A stretch of DNA of 64,000 bases from the human T2T-CHM13v2.0 reference genome, Homo sapiens. The stretch lies in assembly GCF_009914755.1 (NCBI RefSeq), contig NC_060925.1. One strand, given 5' to 3'. Positions within the stretch are counted from its first letter, which is position 1. Each line of letters opens with the position of its first letter. The notes below the pieces were generated by a model, which saw only the letters and a program-made list of their open reading frames with translations, made no database searches and was not told the DNA's origin. Position numbers and translations under genes: made by a program. Below are positions 50,921-64,000 of this stretch, piece by piece.

Positions 50921-51491
50921 ATTTTCATGTGCAATACGCTGTGATAGGAGGTATGGGAAAGCAAAGGTGTTTCGTTCACTTCTCTCATGAATTTGCAGTC
51001 TCATAAGGGTGTGAACATCTCTCTACATGAGTAACTATAATATGAATGTCATGGGATTGGACAAAATGCTCAGGGAGTGCCAACGGATTCTGTCTGGGGT
51101 CATCAAGAAAGGTTCATCAGAGCTTGAAGGCGTAGCATTTGGGCTTTGAAGTGTGATGGATTTCAACTGGTAAAGCTAAAACAACAGGGCATTTCTGGGG
51201 GAGAGAAGGACATGAGGAGTGGCAGAAAAATTAAAAGATGGAAGACATGCCTGGTGAAAGATACATAAGTAACTTTGCTTATGATTCTGTTTCTACCTTG
51301 GGCATCCCCTTGCATGGGGCAGTGTGAGGGAGCAGATATTAAAGTGGAGTGGCTGGTGTCAGACATACATATGCGTTTGTCATCTGTGATATGCACACAA
51401 ATCTAAAACCAGAACACCTGTAGAAATTTAGACTCCGCTTCTGGATGCTGAAATTGGAGCAACTCTAAAACATGATAAAAAGTGCATGTCT

Positions 51492-51640
51492 GGCTGGGTG
51501 TGGTGGCTCATGTCTGTAATCCCAGCACTTTGGGAGGTCAAGGCAGGCAGATTGCTTGAGCCCAGGAGTTCGAGACCAGCCTGGACCACATAGGAAGACC
51601 TCATTTCTATTTAAATAAGAAATTTAAATACAAATTTTTA
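51492..51640 (+). mobile_element. FLAM_C-type monomer
   Basis: Left monomer only; TSD aa(a/g)gtgcatgt. Confidence 0.85.
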
Positions 51641-51961
51641 AAGGTGCATGTTAATCCTGAAGTATTTCACAGTAGTATGTACACAAAATGTAACATGAAT
51701 AACTGTTAGGTTTCTGTTAAATTTCTGTTCTTAACCAGTTTACAATAAAAATGGTTTGAATTTTCATAAGCTTTTCTCTTCATACCAATAATCAACTAAT
51801 ATTTTCATTTGCTGACATGCCTTATCAAGATATATGTTCTTGTTTAAATAATTGATGACTTGCTTTAACAAAAAGTTTATGGAGACACTTGCCTAATTTG
51901 TTAATTACTGCTGGTAGACGTTACCTTCTGTGCAACATTTAGTTGAAACATATCCAATATA

Positions 51962-52256
<295 letters not shown>

Positions 52257-52351
52257 AGATATCCAATATATTGCCTATTTAATATGAACATTTGTGTTTA
52301 AGAATAATGTAATAATGGAGGGTGTAGCTTGTTAGTTAAGAGCATAAACTC

Positions 52352-52659
<308 letters not shown>

Positions 52660-53335
52660 TCAAGAAACAGCCTAAGTTTGTCACCCAGCTCTGCCATTCA
52701 AGTAGCTGTGCGATTCTTAGTCATTAATTAAACTCTCTGTCTCAGTTACCATCTGCCAAAATCAACTACTGGTACTCATCTTATATGGTTGTTATGAAGG
52801 TTAGCAGGGCCTGATATGTGGTAAACGCTCATAGATTGTAGCTATTATTAAGTTTGAACATTTTAAATTAAAATAACACCTATCTAAATATTTAGATGGG
52901 GTTTTATAACTTTATAACAAAGTCATTAAAATCAAAATGAGTAACTTTTAGTTAAATTAATTTATGCAAATCAATAAATAATTTCTATCAAAAGTAATTA
53001 TTTTTCTGAATTGTGTTGCTTTAGAATTCAGCAAAAGAATTTTAGTATGAAATGTTTTATCTAAGAATTGAACTTTCTGTTCACTTGGAATTAAGCTTTT
53101 CTATGCCTGTCAATTTATATATTTAAACAGCTGTTTTCTGAATATGAGTTCTAAAATAAAATTTTTCATACAGATATTTCTGCCTTTTAAATTTAAAGAA
53201 ATGTTGATTACAGAATACACTAATAGGTACACAGAATTTGATTTTGGTGGTTCTCCAAAATAAAGTCATACAAGTAACAGTTTAGTAAACTCTTCATTGG
53301 TTTCTATTTAGAGCCTGCAAGGCAATTCTGTAATA

Positions 53336-53511
53336 CAGTGGTTCTCAAACTTCATGATCTCCTGAAGCCTCATTAATGCACGATTGCTGGGCCCCACCTT
53401 CAGAGTGTCTGATTCAGGAAGTCTGGGGTGGCAGCTGAAAGGTGACTTTCCAACAAGTGTTCAGGTGATGCTGGTGTAGCCTGCCAGGGAACCACACTTT
53501 GAGAACCACTG
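53336..53511. mobile_element. MER5A hAT-Charlie MITE
   Basis: Perfect 14-bp TIRs cagtggttctcaaa / tttgagaaccactg; degenerate 8-bp TSD ctgtaata / ctataatt. Confidence 0.92.
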
Positions 53512-53538
53512 CTATAATTCATTAGAAGAGTTTAGGAT

Positions 53539-54192
<654 letters not shown>

Positions 54193-54444
54193 GAGAAATT
54201 TGTTGTATATTTTTCTCCTCTTTGATCCAAGGAACAAAATTTTTTTAAAGTACGTAGCTATTAGATTCCAAAAGACAAAGTATAGGAAAATTTACTTCTC
54301 AGAAAACTATTTCTGGATTCCATGGCTGATTTTACTTTTTTCATTTTAGATTTGCTTGACTAAAACCTCTTGTATTTTCTTTCTCCTTTTTACCACATCT
54401 TCTTATTTTGATGGTAATGACAATCTTCTTTTATGGCATTTTAG

Positions 54445-54461
54445 GATTCCGTTTTGCCTGG
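54445..54461 (+). other. Candidate 17-nt microexon (or 112-nt exon from 54350)
   Basis: Long pyrimidine-rich upstream region, ttttag| acceptor, TGG|GTGAGT donor. Confidence 0.35.
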
Positions 54462-54984
54462 GTGAGTCCTAAAAAAATCATTTCCTGTATCTGTCTGCAC
54501 AGTGCCTTGTAATCTGTAACTACATCGAATCATCATCTGAAAGTACAGTTTCTGGAATGTGACACTTTCGAAATAATCCTTACTTGCAGAAAATGTTGCT
54601 TATGTGGCATATATATGTTAATCTCATGGAGGAAAAAAAAGGGCAAAAAAATGCTCAGCCCAAGGAGACATCTAAATTATCCAACCACATAAACATGCAG
54701 ACGTTATTTAGGAAAAATATAAAGATGTGACAGATAGCTAATGACAAATGGCCAATTTACTTATATAATTAACTTTGCTACTAGAAAATTTCCATTCATG
54801 GAATAGCACCAAATGTACACGATGTCAGTGCCTTTTTTCAAGGCAGTGTTGCATTCAGCCAGCTGGACTTGTCTTCTATAATTTGCTCTGATGACCAAAT
54901 ATGCTCTACATAAATTCTAGTTTCTAAATCACGTTCTTCTCTTCCCTTTCTCCCACTTTCTCCCTTCATCTTACTCATCTCTAT

Positions 54985-55276
<292 letters not shown>

Positions 55277-55410
55277 TTCATCTCTATTTTATTCTGTGTT
55301 TTATCTACTTCTGAAATTAGCCTCTGCTAGTTGAATCCTTTAGAGAGGTTGCTGTCCCCTCCCCACACAAGGAACAAGAATAAGTGATAAGAACTGTAGG
55401 GTTTATCTTT

Positions 55411-56309
<899 letters not shown>

Positions 56310-56572
56310 CTGCCATCCTTTCTGTCCATCCTTTGCCTTTTTTGTAGTTTCCCTTCCATTTGAGGGGGAAAAAAAGTAGTTTACTAGAGAGAAGATGACA
56401 TTAAAAATGAAGCTCTTGGTCCCAGTCCTGTTGCAAGACCTTTACCTTGAAAATTCAGGCTCCTTATCAACTGGTGGGGAGGGATCCTTGTATTCACTTG
56501 ATTTCCTAAGTTTGTAGTGAGAATCAATTTAGGCAATGTAGGTAAAAGTGCTTTGTGAGCATAAGCACATGT

Positions 56573-56668
56573 CAGGGCCAAGACTAGTGTGAAGGAAGGA
56601 AGGAAGGTCCCGAGGGTGCAGTTTAAAGGAGACACCCCCTCTTAGGACCTTGCCACCATAGGGCCCTG
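56573..56668 (+). mobile_element. MER96-like fragment
   Basis: cagggccaagactagtgtgaagg...gggtgcagtttaaaggagacac. Confidence 0.5.
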
Positions 56669-56821
56669 TGAGGACTGCCACCTGTGACTGTTATGGTCAT
56701 CTGCAACTCAGCTGTGACCAAGGGTTAAAATCTGGCATTAAATAGATTAAATACCCTAATTTCTCTGACGGGGATGTACTTAACACAGACTGCAGTCTCG
56801 GGATTAAAGAAATAAAGTTCT

Positions 56822-57128
56822 GACTGGGCACGGTGGCTCACCCCTGTAATCTTAGCACTTTGGGAGGACAAGGTGGGAGGATCACTTGAGGTCTGGAGTT
56901 CGAGACCAGCTTGGCCAACACGGTGAAACCCCATCTCTACTATACACACAAAAATTAGCCAGGCGTGGTGGCGGGCGCCTGTAATCCCAGCTACTCAGGA
57001 GGCTGAGGCAGGAGAATCGCTTGAACCTGGGAGGCGGAGGTTTCAGTGAGCCGAGGTCATGCCACTGTATTACAGCCTAGGTGACAGAGAGAGACTCCAT
57101 CTCAAAAAAAAAAAAAAAAAAGAGAAAG
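56822..57128 (+). mobile_element. AluS
   Basis: Full dimer; TSD aaagttc. Confidence 0.95.
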
Positions 57129-58459
57129 AAAGTTCCAACCAGGTGGAGGGCCCCTCAAAAGGTCACAGTGGAGACATGATGGTAACCTACTTGGCCCAGG
57201 AAGGCCAATCCTTGGTTTAAAGAACACTGAGTTAAGAGTATGAAGGGAAAGGAAGCTTGTGCATTTAAAAAGAACTTGCATCTGATGAGTTGCATCTGAT
57301 GAGTTCTTTCTCAGAACAATTTTCCCACTTGGGCCCTCAAAATAAAGAATTATTAAAAGAATCTTACTATATTTAATTCAGAACCCACGATAGAAAAAAA
57401 AAAAAAGACAAAACTCACACACAGAGCAGAAAAGCCCTTTCTGTGACTTACTCTAGAAACTATTATGCTTCACAAGCAAATTTAAGAAAAATTTTTCTCT
57501 GCCTCAACATAAGATTAAGACAAAGATTACTACATAGTGACAAAGCTAAATCATCTCCGGAGGATAGAGTTACTTTCTCACTAATGACTGTCATCTGCCA
57601 AGAACTAGTATGCTATTAATACTTGTAAAGCTCCCTGGACTAGAAATCCATTACTAGCAAAAGTACAAGTCCATTTTTATTCCAGGTAATTAATCTAATT
57701 TGACTTTCTCCTGATCACTACTTAGCAGAAATGGATGCTGACTCCTTTCTCTGTGAAGAACAAATAGATCTTTAGAGAGACTTCTCACTGAGTGACCTTA
57801 AAGGAATAGTTCTCCCTCTTGTTCCTGCTGCTTCTGTGCTTAGTGAATACTCCAAGTGCAGAAGCTTGTCCAGGACTAAGCTTATTAGCAGAGAAGAGAA
57901 CCAGTTCCTGATGCTGGTATGTAAGGAAGGAAGTGGACCCTGGAAGAAGAGCCGAGGAGAGACACATGAACCAGGCTCCCAACCCCAACAGAAATCTGCA
58001 AATAACCAAACTGCATGTACCCATGATGTTTGTACACAGAGAATACAGAATAGTGGTCAATCAGGTGTCACCCTGGTACCTCGGTTACTTCCTTCAAAGA
58101 GAGTTGAAAAAGAGTTTATCTTAAAGAATGAAGTTCAAAAGTGTTGATTTCAGTTTTTTACCCAACCTCTACTTAAGGTGACTTTGGCAAAGAAACTGCA
58201 TGTTTAAAGATGCCTATCAGGGGTTCTAGTCAGTTCTACTTTTCTACTGAAAGTGAATTAAACTGGAAAAACGAGAGACTGCAGCAGAGTGAGGAAAGAA
58301 CTTAATATACGTGTCACCAAAGCAATCAGGAGAGAATTCTTGGAAATATATATAACATACATTATAGACATTTCTGGATCAAATTGACTTTACCCTCTCG
58401 AAGGCTTTATTTGATCGATCCTGCTCTTGGGTCTGATTATTTTTTCCTATTCTGAAGTT

Positions 58460-59130
58460 AAGTCTTTGTAAATCATATAGATCAATTAGAGAAAAATGAG
58501 AAAATATAGATCAGCAGAAAATTAAAATCACTAAGAAGCCTACCACTCAAAGATAACCCCTGTTAAAACACACACTGTCTATATAAATATGTACTCCCAG
58601 ATTTTTAGGCGTATTTATATAGACATGCTTTTAAAAAAATATGTAACTTGCATTTTCACTTTCTTTTCTTTCTTTTTTTCTTTTTTCTTTTTTTTTGGGG
58701 GGGTGGGGACAGAGTCTTGCTCTGTCACCCAGGCTGGAGGGCAGTAGTGTGATCTCGGCTTACTGCAACCTCACCCTCGCAGGTTCAAGTGGTTCTCATG
58801 CCTCAGCCTCCCACGTAGCTGAGGCTACAAGCATAAGCCACTGTGACTGGCTAATTTTTGTATTTTTAGTAGAGACAGAATTTTGCCATGTTGCCCAGGC
58901 TGGTCTTGAACTCCTGGGCTCAAGTGATCCACCTGCCTCAGCCTCCCAAAGTGCTAGGATTATAGGTGTGAGCTACCATACCAGCCGTTTTCACTTTTAT
59001 GAGCATTTTTTCATGTAAATAGCTTTAATATACTATTCTTATTAGCTGCATTATGTTACATTGTGTAGATATAATTTATGCATTGATTAGGTTGAAATAT
59101 ACTATAATGAATGGCACTCTTAGCCATGCA
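58460..59130 (-). mobile_element. Old L1ME-type 3' fragment split by an AluJ
   Basis: accactcaaagataacccctgttaa, tgtaacttgcattttcactt and gctgcattatgttacattgtgtagat blocks. Confidence 0.55.
58660..58986 (-). mobile_element. AluJ
   Basis: Diverged dimer; TSD ttttcacttt. Confidence 0.92.
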
Positions 59131-59246
59131 GATAGACTACACAATGCTTAATTCTGTGTTTTTATTGTGAAAGAACACCCTACCTATGCTAGATTCTGAA
59201 TCCACTGAGGTAGTATTATTCTCTTTGGCCTGATTTGTAGGCCTGT

Positions 59247-59752
59247 TAGGGCAGATGTTTTCTGAACTCTGCCCTATTCCCTCCAGTCCCTTACCATTTC
59301 TGTGCCCTCCAGCCTGGCTGTCAAGGGCCAGCACCTTGCTCTTTGATGGAAAACTGCTGTGAAACGGCACATGGAACCCACAGTGCCTGCAGGCACAGGG
59401 AGCTGGAAGTGCCTGGGAGTTCACGTCCTCACAGGGGCACTCCTTAACCAATGATTGGCAGATGTGGAGTACAAATATCTTGGTTTTTGTTACCTCCCAG
59501 AAGGGACGATTCTGAGGTGTGTGTTTTGTACTGTTTTTCAGTGTTTTGCACTGTTTTTCAGTGTTTTCCCATTGCACTAACAGCCATTTGCCCATTGAGA
59601 TGACTGGCTTAGAATGCACCTTTTATTGACTATCTTCGCTTCCCTGGTCATTTCTTCCAACACCTACCCTTGTTCCTGGCACTTCTCACTACATTGCTTG
59701 CACTTGAATCCTTGACTCAGCGTTTGCTTCTGGGAATACCCGAACTCAGACA
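59247..59752 (+). mobile_element. LTR16-family (ERVL) solo LTR
   Basis: gagctggaagtgcctggga...ttaaccaatga...tgcacttgaatccttgactcag...gaactcagaca; flanked by cctgt direct repeats. Confidence 0.85.
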
Positions 59753-60173
59753 CCTGTTAGTTATAGTCAGTTCGACAGCAGAGCTTCGGAGGTTGTGGCC
59801 TGTGTCTATTGCTGCAGAGGTATTGGGGACTTCATCCAGTCATCATATGGTGGCAACTCTTCTTACGCCTTGTCACCGTAACATTTTAGACATTCACAGG
59901 AAAGCAGGCCAGCTAAGGTCATCTTTATTTTTCACATAGAAAAACTGTAGAGCTTTTTAGTCTCTAAGAGCTTTTTCGTGCAAGGTCACGCAGCTAATTA
60001 TAAGTAGAGCCTGAACCGGAACCTATGTTTGTTGACCAGACAACTGTACCTCTACAAAATGACACTAATATGTCAAAAGTGAAGTTGACTTGGGATGAAT
60101 ATGCTGCTTGAATTAAGTTTAGGAAGCCTAAAGCTTAAAATACAGTCTTTGAAGCATTTTCAAAGCATAGTTA

Positions 60174-60505
<332 letters not shown>

Positions 60506-60519
60506 ATGACATTAAATTA

Positions 60520-60854
<335 letters not shown>

Positions 60855-61059
60855 TTAAATTTTAACAATTTTCTTTCCTCATCCTACTCTTCACCTTTCA
60901 TTGCCTTATGTTCCTTTCCCAGTATCTCTTCTACTTTCTTTGGTACCTAAGGGTGCCTTGTTCCTATGAGAACAATGGGATCTCCTGATCTCATGGGAGA
61001 TCCCATTGTTCATGATCCCGTAGGAACAATGATCCTATGCGATCATAAACTGATCATTG

Positions 61060-61520
61060 CCACCTAGCTGAACTTGAGCAGGTTGTACTCAGGAGGGAAG
61101 GTGATGTGGGTAATAGGTATAGTTCAAGGCAGAGTGTGGTAAGCACTTTAAGAGAAGTGCAAAGTCCTTTGGGAGGACAGAGGAAGGAAAGAAAAATTCT
61201 GGCAGAGACAGAAAGGGAAGGCTTGCTGGAACAGGTGGCCTTTAAGCTGGGTCTGGACGGATGGGTAGAATTTCAACAGGCGGATGTTGGAGTGGGGAAG
61301 GAGGAGAAAGGACCAGCATGAGCCTAGAAAAATGCAGTACGTGTTCAAGTGGAGGGGTGGTTGGCTCCCAGGACACATGGTGGGAGGTGGAAGAGATGTG
61401 TGTACAGTGAGATGGAGAAGGACCCTTTCCTCAGTGCCTGGGAGTTTCCTTTTGCTTTGAACAGTTATCTGTGAGCAGGAAAATGTCATAACTACAGCTG
61501 TATTTTAAGAACATTTATCT
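61060..61520 (-). mobile_element. L2 fragment
   Basis: ggaaggcttgctggaacaggtggcctttaagctgggtctggacggatgggtagaatttcaacagg. Confidence 0.7.
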
Positions 61521-61779
61521 GAAGATGCACTTCTTTTATTATTAGATGCTATTCATTGTGTTGTGTTCAGCCATTCTTTTAATGTAGAATAACATTCACA
61601 TACACTAACATCAGAGCTCTTTACCTTGGCTGTGGCCCTGTAGTATCTCGATAGCTTGCCAGTTTTTGCACCTCAAATTGTTCCACTGTCATTTGCACAC
61701 TAAGTTCTGAGCACAAGTGTCCTCTAGAAGTTCCTAGAAAATATCTGGTCCTGCTCTTTATGGGTTTGAGGATTTTTTT

Positions 61780-62444
<665 letters not shown>

Positions 62445-62449
62445 AGAAA

Positions 62450-62730
62450 TGACTTCTTAACTGTCTTCTCCTTAACTGACATTTATTTCCTCAAAGGAAA
62501 TTTCCCTGTCCACCCCATCAAAAGAAGCACTCGTGCTGTTTTCTGCCTACAACTAACACAATTATTTATTATTTCCTTGTTTACTTTCCACTCTCTACCA
62601 CTGTCATTGGCTCCATGAAGGCATGAATCATACAGTTATGATCCTCCAGGGTAGTCCCAGAGCCTGACAGAGCGACTAACACGTACAAGGGACTCAATAA
62701 ACGCTTGTTGAAGGAACATATTGAATGAAG
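62450..62730 (+). mobile_element. L2 3' end
   Basis: gctccatgaaggca...ctcaataaacgcttgttgaagg...ttgaatgaa. Confidence 0.75.
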
Positions 62731-64000
62731 TGGAATTAATGTTGTTAGAAAACTGAAAAGAGGTTACGTAGCTTAGAGATATACCTAAGAAAATTATTCA
62801 GCATTTGATGAAGGGGGCTGGTGTTGAGGAGGCCCATGTGTACAGAAGAGCTTACGTCTTTGGTATTCCTTCCTCACTCATGTTAGTCGACGCTCACGTT
62901 TTGGCGGAATTTCCTCTTGGTACATTTATTCCTTCTTGCCCACATCTCCCACCTTCAACTTTTCTGGCCTTTATTTCAACTAAGTGCTAGGCTTGGTAAT
63001 TTTCCTAATGATCTGGAAATGGATTGCTCTTTCACAGATGATCACGGATTGGGTTGCCCAAGACCTGGTCATAAGTCACGACTTGCTGAAAAGTGAGGGA
63101 GTTTTTTGAAGTGGAAGGGGCCTTTGGAGGTCATCCAGGAGCTTTTGAAACAGCTCCAGCAGCTGAGTTAGTAGGCCCAGTACCTTCCCTGGCAATCTGG
63201 TTTCCTGATTTGCTACAAGGTATGGAGCTGTTTATGATGCTTTTGATAGAAAATAAATGGCTCTTAATTCTACTGTAGGATGAAGTTTGTATTTGAAAGG
63301 TTTGAATAGGTTTTTCAGACCACGGTTCTACAATTGACTATAAAATTTTACAGTCTGGTTCCAAGGATATAAAAGTCTGTGATGGAGCCTCCTCTCCAGG
63401 CTACAAGTAGAAGAATTCTAAAGGCTGTGGCTACAGCTGAGAGACACTCCATCTTGGCATTGGAACCAAAAATACATTTAACAAAAGAGTCAATGTAGAC
63501 AGGCAGGTAAATTTGCTTGAGACTACTTCTAAAATTTAATTTCATCTAGAAGGTGAGTGAAATATTACTAATTAGCACATCTCATGATTTTTAGAGTGAA
63601 ATGCAATCAGACTTGTAAGACACAATTCATTTGTAAGATAAGTTTATATGCAAAGAGACTGACTTATAACTTTTTATTGTGCCAGTGGACACAACGAGAT
63701 ACCATCATAACAGTGGCCTTTTGGGTAATTTGGGGAAATAAATAATAGTTTTTGAAAATATTTGCACCAAAAAATATTTAAGTGTTAAAAAAAAGCCATT
63801 AAAATGGTCCTTTTTAGTTATCTTCAGAATTCACTTAGATAGTACTCCAACATTTGATATCCTCTGACAAATAAGGTTTGCTGAAGTCTTTCTTGACAGA
63901 TTCCTTGACTGGATGTTTAACACAGAGTCTACAATCCTGACATGTGATAGAAACCACTTCCTAGGGACCAAACAACTCTGCACGTGATTATGTATTTATG

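Noticed and set aside
57269-57322. Hammerhead ribozyme core (CTGATGAG twice, followed by a gttct/agaac stem)
   Set aside because: The GAAA required after stem II is absent (aatt). A 14-bp tandem duplication explains the pattern.
57836-58147. 103-aa ORF in unique DNA
   Set aside because: Non-ATG start in the track, no recognisable homology and no convincing splice-site pair.
59137-59619. 160-aa ORF
   Set aside because: Lies mostly antisense within the LTR16 solo LTR; no recognisable domain.

Overview
Primate (human-like) genomic DNA, AT-rich and without a CpG island. It reads as a large intron or an intergenic stretch. About 49 Alu/FLAM/FRAM copies dominate, roughly 2:1 on the + strand. They sit among older repeats: L2 and MIR fragments, a near-complete HAL1, an internally deleted L1M, solo LTRs (THE1, MER21, LTR16) and DNA-transposon fossils (Charlie1a, MER2/MER2B, MER5A, MER20, MER96/96B, MER103C, a Zaphod/MER115-type element). 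I see no convincing protein-coding exon and cannot name the locus. The long ORFs are artefacts of Alus, simple repeats or a tandem repeat. The most notable structures are: (1) a near-perfect 7 x 51-bp minisatellite at 7799-8155, amplified from a degenerate L2, with a YY1-like motif and a Kozak-context mini-ORF in every unit; (2) unusually clean fold-back hairpins at 42752-42801, 60958-61029, 784-832 and 40062-40094; (3) a ~540-bp degenerate TG/CA tract; (4) several candidate exons with good splice sites on both strands; (5) repeat-free, motif-rich blocks that look like enhancers. Repeat-family calls come from recalled consensus sequences rather than a search, and boundaries of old repeats are approximate.
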